From: Macrostomum lignano
Taxonomy: Eukaryota
Length of the DNA: 64,000 nucleotides
Direction: 5' to 3'
Assembly (NCBI GenBank): GCA_002269645.1
Contig: NIVC01000542.1
Coordinates: 248,001-312,000 of the forward strand
The notes under the pieces are model-generated. The model worked only from the letters and a program-made list of their open reading frames with translations, was not told where the DNA came from and made no database searches. Both the position numbers and the translations under genes were made by a program. Position 1 is the first letter of the stretch; each line of letters begins with the position of its first letter. Below are positions 11,005-23,700 of the stretch, one piece after another.

Positions 11005-12650
11005 CTAGCAATTTAAGACCCCCGTTGGGGGACGCAAGAATGACGCCAAATGGTTTTTATTTTGGCCTATGAGTAATAACCTTATTTCAAGCAAGCCTTG
11101 AAATATCAGCAATTCCCCGAGTAAGCCTTGACATCTCAGCAATTCCCCCAGTAAACCTTGAAAATTCAGCAATTCCTCCCAGTAAGCCTTGACATCTCAG
11201 CAATTCCCCCCAGCAAGCCTTGAAATCTCAGCAATTCCCCGAGTAAGCCTTGACATCTCAGCAATTCCCCCCAGCAAGCCTTGAAATCTCAGCAATTCCC
11301 CGAGTAAGCCTTGACATCTCAGCAATTCCCCCAGTAAACCTTGACAATTCAGCAATTCCTCCCAGTAAGCCTTGACATCTCAGCAATTCCCCCCAGCAAG
11401 CCTTGAAATCTCAGCAATTCCCCGAGTAAGCCTTGAAATCTCAGAAATTCCCCCAGTAAGCCTTGAAATCTTAGCAATTCCCCCAAGTAAGCCTTGACAT
11501 CTCAGCAATTCCCCCAGTAAGCCTTGAAATCTCAGCAATTCCCCGAGTAAGCCTTGACATCTCAGCAATTCCCCCAGTAAGCCTTGAAATCTCAGCAATT
11601 CCCCGAGTAAGCCTTGAAATCTCAGCAATTCCTCCCAGTAAGCCTTGACATCTCAGCAATTCCCCCTAGCAAGCCTTGAAATCTTAGCAATTCCCCGAGT
11701 AAGCCTTGAAATCTCAGAAATTCCCCCAGTAAGCCTTGAAGTCTCAGCGATTCCCCCAAGTAAGCCTTGACATCTTAGCAATTCCCCCAGTAAACCTTGA
11801 CAATTCAGCAATTCCCCCAGTAAGCCTTGACAACTCAACAATTCCCCCAGTTGCCATGAATCAAAACCTTCATCAGCCAAAGTTTCATTCATCAGCTCAA
11901 AACCCTTTCTCATTCAGCAAATAGTACTTATCCTTTCAAGCACAAACTCTTTGGGCATATCGTAATTGGCCTGGGCATATTCTGGTCTGCAGCAGAAGCT
12001 CAATATGCCATAAGCCTTGATGACATCTCAGCAATTTCCCCAGTAAGCCTTGACATCGCAGCAATGCGAAGTCGAGCCTTGGCATCTACGTAATTCTCCT
12101 AGCCCAGTAAGCCTCGAGATTGCAGCAATTACCCCAGTAAGCCTTGAAATCTCAACAATTCCCCCAGTAAGCCAGATAAATTTGCTGCTTCAATGCAGAC
12201 TCCAACTGCCGACCATCTGCTTAGCCTATGCCTGTTATTGCTTGTCTACAGTAATTCAGTAATTATTGTAGCTTGTAGCTTCTCTTCTAATCCCGCAAAA
12301 CAGAATGCAGTCATACTATTAACAGCCTGCAGATATCCACTTTGCCATCTACATCTATGACATACAGACATAGATTAGAGATTTAGTATATTTAGTGCAG
12401 ATATCCACTTTGCTGTCTACAACTTTCATTAACATCAGCAAACTACAAGCAGAATACAGTTATCCCCTCAATAAACTTGCAATTAATCATTCACAGTTTT
12501 TATCCACTAAAACTCTATAGATAGTTATCCCATTGGCAGTTTGAAGCTATACACTTATAAGTCTGGAGGAACTACCTCAGCAGTTCAAGCAATTCAAGCA
12601 AGCAAGCAAGCAAGCATACAAACAAACCTTAGATATTTAGTATATTTGGA
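11005..12650 (-). mobile_element. Second non-autonomous Helitron-like element, head-to-tail with the previous one
   Basis: The 5' end is A|TCCAAATATAC at 12650, next to an (agca)n/catacaaacaaac microsatellite. The 3' end has a ccccc-gtt-ggggg hairpin (11019-11031) then CTAG (11008-11005), abutting the TCC start of the 6780-11004 element. Confidence 0.65.
11090..12180. repeat. 30-bp minisatellite
   Basis: Unit cagcaattcccccagtaagccttgacatct (30-31 bp), e.g. at 11107 and 11137; degenerate after about 11850. Confidence 0.95.
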
Positions 12651-13322
12651 TTAATAAAGTAGATTAATATCATGAAATTTATGATATAAATTTTATAATG
12701 TAAATAATTATAAAATGGTTTGTTTATTATCTTGATTGAGGTAGGCATACAAGTTTAGCCTTAAAATTAAATTAGGCCTAAGGCTTAATGTTTAGACAAA
12801 GAATAATTCACAAAAACAATTTTAATTTGAATTTATTTATTAAGAAAATATAGTCATAGAGAATCTATGACATTTTGTTTAAGGGACATTTCATCTGGGA
12901 CACTGTCCAAAAATTTGGGGCACAACATTTTGTCCAAAAAAATTTGTTTATTTTAGTCTAATTGATTGAAGTGTTCATTGTTTAAAAGGGTCTGTTCAGT
13001 AAAGGATTTAAATGTCAAGCAGGTACCACTTATGTTTGCACTAATGTCCTATCAAAAATCAAAGGATTATAAACAGGCACAACTAATTGTAATAAAAAAT
13101 GAGACCATACAAGTATATGTATATGTGCATTTACATTTTTACAATTCTTTCTAATGTTTTAAAGGTCTTTGACTGCTTTATTGAACTCTTGTTGTTAGAC
13201 TTTGAACAAGGCATGTACACATTACTTATGTATGTTACATATGCAAGCTATACTGTTAATTTGCCATATGTCATATTTCAAACTATAATTTCTACATGTT
13301 TAACCACTTTATACATTTAGGA

Positions 13323-13800
13323 CTGTGGAGGGCCATCAAGGCAATGCTGCCAGGGGTCAAGCTGCAGGGATGCTACTTTCTTTGGACCCAGGCAATCTAG
13401 AGAAATGTATAGACTTCTAGACTTGCTATGCATTATGCTAAGCATGGTATGGTGCACAGGGTTATCCAGTGCATCTTGTCCCTACCTTTTCTTGGCACAT
13501 CTTGGAATCTTGGCACAATAAGCAGTTGTCATAACTGGCACAGTACTTTTGCTTAACTTGGATAAAGAGTGCCATTTTCCTTGTCATATCATAGAGCATT
13601 TACTGGCAGGCTGTCTGCATGAACAATGATGTTGAGAGCTAGCATTGCTGCCTTAACTCTAAAGCCCATGGCTCTTTGTTGCCCATGTATCAGCTTATTG
13701 GCATTTTGCACGAGGAGGCTCAGTTGGTTCCAATACAAAAACAGCTTCTGGACTAGGACGTTGTGCTGCAATACCAATATAAAGTATCAAAGACAGTCCA
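13323..13800 (+). pseudogene. Fossil Mutator-like (MULE) transposase fragment
   Basis: Manual translation gives LWRAIKAMLPGVKLQGCYFLWTQAI*RNV*...YAKHGMVHRVIQCILSLPFL, then MNNDVES*HCCLNSKAHGSLLPMYQLIGILHEEAQLVPIQ. These match the MULE GCxFHxxQA and TNNxVEGWHxxLN...L.xEA motifs, with in-frame stops. Confidence 0.75.
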
Positions 13801-13947
13801 GGGGCACATTGTTTGTCAGTGGCAACTTCTAGAAAAAGGACAAATTAGCCCCAACAGCTTCCTAAAGTCTATGAGCCATATTTATTTGTCAAAATTTGTT
13901 AAACCTGATACATCTCCTGGTTAAAATTTGCATTAACACATACATGT

Positions 13948-14101
13948 GCAACCTTGGGATTCACTCGGCCATTTCTGTTGGCAACACACACATGTAAGTT
14001 GCTATTGGCTGAGAGCAGTCACGTGACTACTATTCTGTCCAATAGCAACTTATATGCACGTGTGTTGCCAATAGAAATGGCCGAGTGAATCCTAAGGTTG
14101 C
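13948..14101. mobile_element. ~155-bp palindromic MITE/foldback
   Basis: gcaaccttgggattcactcggccatttctgttggcaacacac pairs with gtgtgttgccaatagaaatggccgagtgaatcctaaggttgc. An inner pair aagttgctattgg / ccaatagcaactt surrounds a central gtcacgtgac. Confidence 0.75.
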
Positions 14102-14855
14102 GCCCAAGCATGCATTAACATGGCATTCTACATGTACTATATTACTAAAAGTTTTAATACAATGCTATATTTTATGCAATCTATGAGCCATATTCATTAT
14201 TATTATGGCAATGGCATGTTACATGTACCATTTTAAATAATTTTAGTACTTAAAAGTTCTGCACTGCTACGCACTCAAATTCACCCTCATACAAACACTT
14301 CCATCAATAAGACTAAAATTAGTATATTGGACTTAGATGAAATGTTGTGCATATTAGATGATATATTGTACTTTTCAAACAAAATGTCTTTGGATGAAAT
14401 ATCCTATTCCCATCATAGAAATAGATAATAATTAGTATTAAGTTAATCAATCTTAAAACATCTAAATATCATATCATAAATTATAATCATATAAGCCCCC
14501 TACCAATAATACTTGGCCTACACTAGGCTAGGTTCTATGCTTATAGCAAAGGCTAAAAGAACTAGGCCTTAGGCCTATAGAGTAGGGCTTAGGCCTTTTT
14601 ATTGATTCAATGAATCAATAATTGTAATAAACTTTTTAGAAGAACTTGATATAGTAGTTGAGGCCAAAGGTCTAATATAGGTTTAGCCTAATAGGTATAT
14701 AGCCATAGCCATAGGTGTAGCTTAGCTTATAGATTTTGTTTTAGGCCCTAAATATAAGCATCTAAGCGGCTAAGCCTAAGCTGGCCCTAACACTTAAGCT
14801 TAGCTAATGACTAAATCTGAGCAGACCAAAACAAAGGCCTTAGGCCTATACAAGA

Positions 14856-15255
14856 CAGTGGCATAGGCAAGGGGGGATATGGGGATGTATCCCCCCCCCG
14901 TGGGCCTGGTTGGTGGGTGTAAGAAATTACTAAATCTCTAAGTCTAAGGTTTGTATTCAAAATTGATACATTGGAAAGCATATTGCATGCTAGTGCAGCA
15001 AGTAAAAAACGATTTTCATTTACTCAAGCATTTAGTAAAAAGAATTCTTTCTACTTTTTTCACTAGATTGTGCAATGTTCATCGAATTAAAAACTTGACT
15101 GGCCATTCATAGCTACCTATCACCTACATATTTGATTTATGGCACTTAATTTTCTTGTGAACTGTCATTGGGCCAGCAAGCTGTACAAGTAGCAGCAGCT
15201 TTACTCATTTATATCCTTGCATCCCCCCCATGAGAAATTCCTGGCTATGCCCCTG
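14856..15255. mobile_element. hAT-type MITE, ~400 bp
   Basis: Termini CAGTGGCATAGGCA and TGGCTATGCCCCTG resemble the CAG(G/T)GGCGTAGCC hAT TIR type. A possible 8-bp TSD (atacaaga / atacagga) is displaced by 6 nt on the right. Confidence 0.55.
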
Positions 15256-17711
15256 ACCCTGATACAGGATGTAATGAGCCTAAAGCTAATATATGGGGCT
15301 CTATTTTAATTTAGGCCTATTCAGTATACCTGCTATTTAGCCATTGGAATGATACTTAGATTAGGCCTAAATTTTAGTATATGGCTATAGAATATCAAGA
15401 TAATAGCAATAGGCCTATATAAGCCTAGGCCTATTAGTATTATTAGGACACGGACATTAAGTTTATACAGAAATAAAAGCTTTCTAACAATACTTTTACA
15501 ATGCAAGACCTTTACCATGGCTCATTTCACAGAAATTGTCTAGTTAATCCCCGATCTACCGGTCTTACTCTACATGGTCTTACGATTCGGCCTTAGGCCT
15601 ATCTAAAGGCAAGGCTTGTGACTAGATGTCCCGACAACCCGGAAAATTATATTGCATTTGTTAAATCTCATAAGCAAAGTTTCTAAGAGGATGTATCTCT
15701 CCAAAAATAGTCACAAATTTTACCTTTAATTTACCAGTGTAAAAAGAGGAAACTCAGGCAGGGGGTTCTTTTAATTCGGGTTAAAATACGCTTAGTACAA
15801 TTTCTGGGAAAGATATTATCAACAACACTGCTTTCCATTTACAAAAGGCTGACGACAGGTTAGGACCTTTATCACCTCATCAGGCTCACCTTTATTTTTA
15901 GTGCACTCAAAGTGCAATCCAATTACACTCAGCAAAGTGCAGTGCTAAATTTTCCTTACCGAAACCAGTACATGAATTAGTCACCCAATCAATGACGTTA
16001 GTCTGCATATCGAATTTCTTCCATAACAGGGGGCTGGATCCGAGATTTTTCTTAAGAAAGAGGTTTTTTCTTTAAAAATTTATGTAGGGTCAAATCGGTA
16101 ATGAGCCATCAATACATGCATATGACATGTCTGCCAATGTCCCTGGCCTGTTAGGACTAAGAACTGGGGGCAAAATGCAATACAGGGCAAAAAATTTTTC
16201 CTGCACGGCAGGAAAAAAAGCATTGCGCGGGCAAATCGTCAGTGGACAATTCTCATGAACTCGTTAGTTTCTCTGTGCTGATTACGTAATCAGGCCCATT
16301 ACGGGCGTGGTGTGCTCGCGGGCGTGGTGTGCAGTTCATCACTTTGGGGCGGAGATCTGACGCAAATTGACGCAAATGACGTAAATTATAAAAAATGGCT
16401 TTTTTCTGTGTCACTACTAATTTAACCTTTGATCTCTTTTGAATTCAAGTCGCTAATAAAGTTAGCCTAAGTCTATTAAAGTACATGTAGCCAGGTCCAT
16501 GGATCAATTCGGGAGGTTTCGGGAACGAGAAAATTCCAATTCTTTTCGGTGCACTGGTTTTTACTGTTTGCAGAAATTTCCTGCAGAAGAAAAAATGGAG
16601 CTTTTGTTTGTAATTTAATGCATGCATATGCGTACATGTACCTGTACTGTGTGTAGACTCTAAATCGTTGTGCAGCTCTCCGCCTCACTTGGAGATACAC
16701 GTACAGAGCACGCATACACGTGCACTGGGAGGCGTCAGTAATCAAAATCCATAAGGCCAAAAAAGAAGCAAATTGAAGGTTGAAAAGTTTAAATTTTCCT
16801 TTATTTGAAATTGAAAAAAGCACAAGGAAAGGCGGTCTCTATCAGCTAAAAAAGAACAACAATGATTTGAAACATTCTTACTTGCAAGTTCGCTAGCAGG
16901 AAACTCCGGAAAAAAACAGGAGGCCAACCGAATAGAAAAAAATAGCGTGGGTAAAAATTGGGGCATTGAAGAACAGAGTCAAAAACTCAAAGCCTGTCTC
17001 TGCAGCCAGCTGATGGCGAGTTGTAGCTTCCACGAACTCGGCGTCCTGAAACAGCAGTCACTGCGAGAAAGGCCGGACCAAAACAGCAAGTGGAAACACT
17101 AATAATAAAAAATCCCGTGACCAAATGGCAGCATAAAGTGCCAAAATATGAGAAAAATAACAAAAGCAGAGAGCAGAGCCCGCTCAAAGGGCAGAGAAAA
17201 AACAAAAGCGGGACGAGATGGGGCAGGCAGCTAGAGAACAGTAGCTGATGAGGTGCGAGTCTGGGCAGGGACAACGCCAATCAGACTGACTTTCAATCAT
17301 CAGCTGGCAAGCGGTGCGTAGAAGTTAAAGGCGAATAAGAGGGCCGTATGCTAAACCTTTCACAACTAAGGTTCATGAGCTCCCGAGCAGGGAAACCTGG
17401 ATATTGCACGAGGAGGATGACGCAGAGAGACAAAAGCGAAATGGCTATAAAACACTGAAAAAGGGTGGCGCTAGAAAACGAGAAGGGCGGGATTTACAGA
17501 AAATGGTGCTGAGCTGTGAGCCAACCCCACCTGGGGCGACGGCTGTGTCTGCAAGAAATCTTCCATTGTAATTGGAGTCTGAAAATTCTAAAACCTTTTC
17601 TTTGTTTTAACTGCAGCAGCAACTCAAGTTAGCTTAAATTATCATCATTCGACTTCGTTTCCAACTTCTGGACAATGAACCGAGCTGGTCCGTGACCGGA
17701 GCCCCGCCAAC

Positions 17712-20700
17712 TCAGTTGGCCCGCATGTTCAGCCGATTGTACCCTGACGTGCCCGCAGCGCCGGAGGTGGCCGCGGCCGGGCTTTTGTTGCTGAGAAGGT
17801 CTGCCATCAGCTGCTCCAGGTTGTCGCGGCTGTCATCTTCGGCTTGGGTCTGCTGCTGCTGCTGCTGTTGTTGTTGCTGCTGCTGCTGTAGATGCTGTTG
17901 CTGCTGTGGCGGCGGCGGCAGGCTGGCCGGCGCCATCTCCAGGCCGCGGATCATCTGCTTTACGGGCGTGAAGTCCGGCCATCCACCGCCCCCGGTGGCT
18001 CCCACGCCGCTTCCGCAGACGCCGCCGGAGAGTCGCGGATCGGGCAGCTCTGTGGCGCGCATGTTCTGCGGCGGCGAGATGAAAGAACCAAGCAAGGCGG
18101 CGGCCGAAGGGTGGCCCGCATGCGGATTCTGGGCCTGCTGGTGCAGCGGCTGCGGCTGCTGAAAAGGCTGCTGTGGCTGGTAGACGGCAGACAGCGAGGT
18201 CGGCGACAACTCGTTGGCGAGGTCACAGGAAGCGGACGGCACCGGGCGCAGCTGGTCGCGGGAGAGCTCCTGGAGAAGCTCCTCGTGTGATAGCAGCGGC
18301 TCGGTGGAGTAGGCGGTCTGATAGGCCAGGCGGGCCACGAAGTCGCTGCAGAGCAGCACGGTGGCGCGCTGGTTGCGGCCGCGTGTCTGGCACACGAAGG
18401 ACACGGCAGATATCAGCGAGGCCAGCGATGGGTAGCCGTAGTTGGAGGGGCGCAGCGGCACTCCGAAGTAGCGCTGGTAGTCTGGCTCGAGCTGGCTGAA
18501 GGAGATGCGGCCCTGGTTGGCCTGCAGCAGCGAGCTGAGGTCGCGGGCAAACAACACCAGCGGGCGCAGGGTGACGCGCTTGCGACCAGGGCTGAGCGGG
18601 TCGTCAGTGACGGTCAGGATGTCCGAGAGCTCGCGCTGCACCCAGTCCAGATTCAGCGGGGTGCGGTAGGCGCGAAGGAAATCCTCCTGTTAATTGGGGG
18701 TGGTGCTTGGATCACGGATTGAAGACCAGGGCGACTTCTGGCGAGTCGGGGGAATCTGTTCATAAAAAAACTGATGACCAGTGAAGTTAAAGTTTCTGTT
18801 CGGAGCCTCTCTACGTCAAAGGAGGAAATGTAAACAGGGGTTAGGAAGGTATCTTGGTTGTTAGAGGCGTCAACCAGTGAGTGTCAGGTGCACAATTTCG
18901 GTTGCCAAAGGCACCACTTTGTAACTTGGCTCCTATATGCAAGTGTCAGAAGTTTGAGGCGCGCCAATATTGTTGCAAGAAGCGCCAAAGAGTCGAGGTG
19001 AGTGCTCAAAAGCGCATCACAGCAGTACAAAATGTTGTGCAACAAGCGGCTGGGCAGCTCACCAGCGGCATGGAGCCGGTGCTGCAGTCCCGCAGCAGCA
19101 GCAGGCACTTGTAGGCGCAGTTCTTCACGTCGGTGCGGTCGGCCAGCCGCACCCAGGACTCGCCGGCGTCGTCTCGCCACAGCTCGGCCACGGTGGGCAT
19201 CTTGGCCACCAGCTGCGGCACCGACTCCACGCCCAGGTCGGCCAGGTTCAGCGCGCTGCCGTACTGCCTGACGTACACCGACAGGAAGTCCGCCACCCGC
19301 AGGCGCCTATCCGGACAGGCCTCCAGCATGGCCAGCACGTGGCTGGCGCAGACCCGCAGGTGCTCGCGCAGGGTCAGGCAGATGAACTTTTCTCCCAGCT
19401 CGTCGCGCATCTCGATCACGTGACTGACGGCCTCAAGCAGGTCGATGAGCTTCACGAAGCCAAATTCCGACACGCGGCATTGGCGAGCAAAGTAGTGATG
19501 GTAGCTGGGGATGAACTTGCTGAAGGGGACGCGGCAGCGGGGCGCCTGGCGTAGCAGGTCCACCACCTGGTAAGAGCAGTGGAGGGAGCAGTGGCTCAGG
19601 TACAGATTGGAGCAGGTCCACCACTTGGTAAGAGCAGTGGAGGGAGCAGTGGCTCAGGTACAGATTGGAGCAGGTTCACCACCTGGTAAGAGCAGTGGAG
19701 GGAGCAGTGGCTCAGGTACAGATTGGAGCAGGTTCACCACCTGGTAAGTGCAGTGGAGGGAGCAGTGGCTCAGGTACAGATTGGAGCAGGTTCACCACCA
19801 CTGGTGGGTGCAGTGGAGGGAGGGGGGTTGATCACTGCTCAGCCTCGGCAGCTGCGCTCACCTCCAGAGCGAAGTGCGCTGTCTTCGCCCTCTCCGCCAG
19901 AGTCTGAACGCGGGTCGGCAGGCCGAGCTGCAAGTCAGGCGAGCCCTCAGTGCAGCTGACATCGATGCTGTTCTCCGGCAGCTCCTCCAGCATGTCCTCC
20001 AGGAAGCAGACCCCGTAGTCGGCGATGTTGAACTGGCGGCCGAACAGGCGGTTCATGTAGTAGGGGAGTTCGGATGCCAGGCACTGCTTGGCTGGCGCGA
20101 GCTTCAGGATCTTGCTCAGGTCGGAGGAGAATCGGCGCACCTGGTCAAGCAGATTTTGAGAATTTGCTGAGCAATCGCAAAGTTCAGAATGAGATCTTAT
20201 GCATCGCGGACGAATTTGAGACAAAGTGTAAAGCTACTTCAGTTCGAAATTGATGACAGTGAGAAGCACGAAAAGTCACAGACGGCTTTGAGAAGCATGC
20301 GAGAGGCTATAGGCAGTGAGGAGCATGAGAAAGAGTTGACTCAGGCAGTGAGGAGCATGAGAAGAATGAGAAAGAGGAAATAGGGAGTGAGGAGAATAAG
20401 ACGGAGGGAACACAGGCAGTGAAAAGAGAAAAGTGAGCGGTGTCGCACCTGCACCCGGTGCGTGAGGAAAATCATCCTGGCGGGCCCGGAGCCCACCACG
20501 TGGACGCTGTGCGGCAGGGCCTCCAGCAGGTCGGCCAGCTTGGTAAAGCCGTAGTCGGCCACGCGGCACTGCCGGCCGAAGTGGTGATGATAGGCCGGGA
20601 TGAACTTGGACAGCAGCAGACGGCAGCCGGGCTGCACGCGGACCAGGTCCACCACCTGGGGCGGGAGAGAAGAAATTGAGAAGCATTGAGTCGTACAAGC

Positions 20701-23700
20701 AATGTCTGCTTCAGTGTGTCCTACATACAAAGTCTGCTTCAGCGTATCCTACATGCAATGTCTGCTTCAGTGTGTCCTACATGCAATGTCTGCTTCAGTG
20801 TGCCCTACAAGCAATGTCTGCTTCAGTGTGCCCTACAAACAATGTCTGCTTCAGTGTGTCCTACAAGCAATATCTACTTCAGTGTGCCCTACAAGCAATG
20901 TCTCCCTCGGTGTCCCCTTACATGCAAGGTTTTGTTGTCTGCATTTGGGTCAGTGTCCATGTCCTTTTGTCATTGATTGAATAATTGTGCCTCAAGTCAA
21001 CTTAATTGATTTCTTATCGTCCTTCTACACAGGGATTTACAGCATCCAGCCCCCCCCCCAGTGAGCCGGCTCCAAACCAAACCAAAGGCCCCTTATAGCC
21101 AGCAGGACAGCTCCCGCTCACCTCCCGGGAGAACTGCGCCATCTGGTCGCTCAGCGGCGGGCCGGACTGGCCGCTCCGCTCCTCCCAGCAGAGGTTCTTC
21201 ACCCCGGCTGCCGACACGCAGACCCGCACGCCGGGTACAGCGGACAGCAGGTGCTCCAGGTAGACTCCACCGCCTAGCGGAGGCTCCCGCGCCAGCGCCA
21301 GACCACCGAACTCGGCCTGGTAACAGGCGGGGAAGCTGCCGACCGGCATGACGCCGTTGTGCTGCTGCAGCAGCTTGTGCAGCTGGTGCTTGAACGCGCG
21401 CAGAGACAGCAGCACGCAGGGCAGCAGGCAGCAGTCCAGGGCTTGCACGTACTCCGGCGAGCCCTCGCGGCAGTGGATGCCGCAGACCACCGGCTCCACG
21501 TCGGCAGACAGCGCCTTGGAGGCTGAGGAGGCAGCATTCAGGATCACTACTCGGCCGCCGTTGGGGCCCTCCTTCACCTCGCAGACGTCGCGGTGGCGGT
21601 AGAGCTCGGCCAGGGCGAGGGACCGGTGGTAGCTGCGGGGAGGCAGAGGCGGCATTCAACCAGCGGCTGCATTGGCGGGATTGCGCCCTTGCCGAACCCA
21701 AGATACGCGCTTCAGGTTTCGCCAGGACAACTTTGGCTTTCAGCCAATAATAAGAGTGTGTCAATTGTCTAAATGAAGTCCAATTTCATCTGTCGATATA
21801 ACTTTTACAGGTGATGACACAGGAAGATTTAGAAAAGTGAAAGGATGCTAAAAAACGATAGGCCAGGACTTACTCGAGTATTTAACTGTGCAAAAGTTTA
21901 AACGCACTAAAAGAAATTTGTTTAAAATGGTTCCCTCGCTACTTGTTAGTAGGGCGATACGAGCGCATGTGCAATGAGACAGCAAAACCAAGACAGTTGT
22001 ATTGGTACACCAGTGGAGCGAACTGGCTCACCGTCTCTCGTAGAGCTCCAGGAACTTGGTGACGGCCAGCTGCTTGCCGCTGACGCCGCCAAGCAGCCCG
22101 ACAATGTCCAGCTTGATCCGGTTCTGCGCCTGGGAGGCTGTGCAGCCCCCGGCGCCGCCTGCGCCCAGCAGCTGTACCTGGGGGAGGGCGAGGCAGATTA
22201 AGCACTAGTTACAGGTACTGCTAGTAGGCCGCACTGGCAAATTTGGGATTCTTCGTTTCTAGGGACGCAGGTGCGAGTAAGCTCTTGGCTGCTATTGGCT
22301 CGAGGCGGTCACGTGACAACTGCTTCGTCATTAGGCAGCACTGGCAGAGCAGCAGACTCACCTGGATCCGCTTGTAGCCGATTTTTTTGCGGTGGAACTG
22401 CGACACGGCCAGCCGGGCGTCCTCCAGCGACCGCAGCTTGACGACGGCGGCCACGGAGTCGTCCGCCAGGCTGTGCATGGCCACGTCCAGCACGGGCAGC
22501 GAGGCCCCGATCTGCGTCTCCAGAATCTTCTTCCACTCCTTCGGCGCGATGTTGTAGTCAAGGTTCGTCACCTGCGCGGTTTGGGGGCGACTTAACTGCA
22601 CTGCGGGGATCGCTGCATCGTTTGACTTTATTTGGTATACAGTGCCTACATCCAGCTCCTGCCTGATGTCTGATGTCTGTTCCTACACTCAGCTCCTGCC
22701 TGATGTCTGATGTCTGTGCCTACACCCAGCTCCTGCCTGATGTCTGATGTCTGTGCCTACACCCAGCTCCTGCCTGATGTCTGATGTCTGTGCCTACACC
22801 CAGCTCCTGCCTGATGTCTGATGTCTGTGCCTACACCCAGCTCCTGCCTGATGTCTGATGTCTGTGCCTACACCCAGCTCCTGCCTGATGTCTGATGTCT
22901 GTGCCTACACCCAGCTCCTGCCTGATGTCTGATGTCTGTGCCTACACCCAGCTCCTGCCTGATGTCTGATGTCTGTGCCTACACCCAGCTCCTGATGTCC
23001 TGCCTGATGTCGGATGTCTGTGCCTACACCAAGCTCCTGATGTCTGTGCCTACACCCAGCTCCTGATGTCTGTGCCTACACCCAGCTCCTGATGTCTGTG
23101 CCTACACCCAGCTCCTGATGTCTGTGCCTACACCCAGCTCCTGATGTCTGTGCCTACACCCAGCTCCTGATGTCTGTGCCTACACCCAGCTCCTGATGTC
23201 TGTGCCTACACCCAGCTCCTGATGTCTGTGCCTACACCCAGCTCCTGATGTCTGTGCCTACACCCAGCTCCTGATGTCTGTGCCTACACCCAGCTGATGT
23301 CTCTGTTCTCTTATTCTGCTCTCCCTCTGATCTCATTCTGCTCTCCTTCTACGATGCAAAGCGATTCAAGCTGTCCCAATCCAATACTCACCTGTATTTC
23401 CACGCTGTCGAGGGCAGCGGCGCCGGCGGCTCCGGTCCCCGAGGAAGAGGCGGTGGCCTCTGGCGACGCCTGGCTCGGCGTAGAATCGTCAATGGAGCCC
23501 GCGGACTGCTGGCGCTGGTGCTGGCGCTGGTGAGAGTCGGCGAAGGTGCCACTGTTGCTGCGGTTGCGGTGGTGCTGCGGCTGGTTGAAGTGCCGTCGCG
23601 AATTGTACAGCTGCTGGCCGGAGCGGAAGGCCTCCTTGGACGAAGTGAAACTGTAGCGGCGCTGCTGATGGTGCGGCGGCAGCTGCTGGTACGGCGGGTT

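Noticed and set aside
3242-12262. Many short ORFs with periodic peptides (e.g. MFDMVALLCLTWSHG..., LRFQGLLGE..., IGTVVGHP...)
   Set aside because: They are translations of non-coding minisatellites: open in several frames, no splice context, no domain.
14480-15620. High density of (T)AGGCCT(A) palindromes
   Set aside because: No period or defined boundaries; it is probably low-complexity or decayed repeat sequence, and no function can be supported.
15620-17600. Possible transposon remnants and GC-box-like motifs downstream of MARF1
   Set aside because: I could not identify termini, TSDs or protein motifs with confidence.
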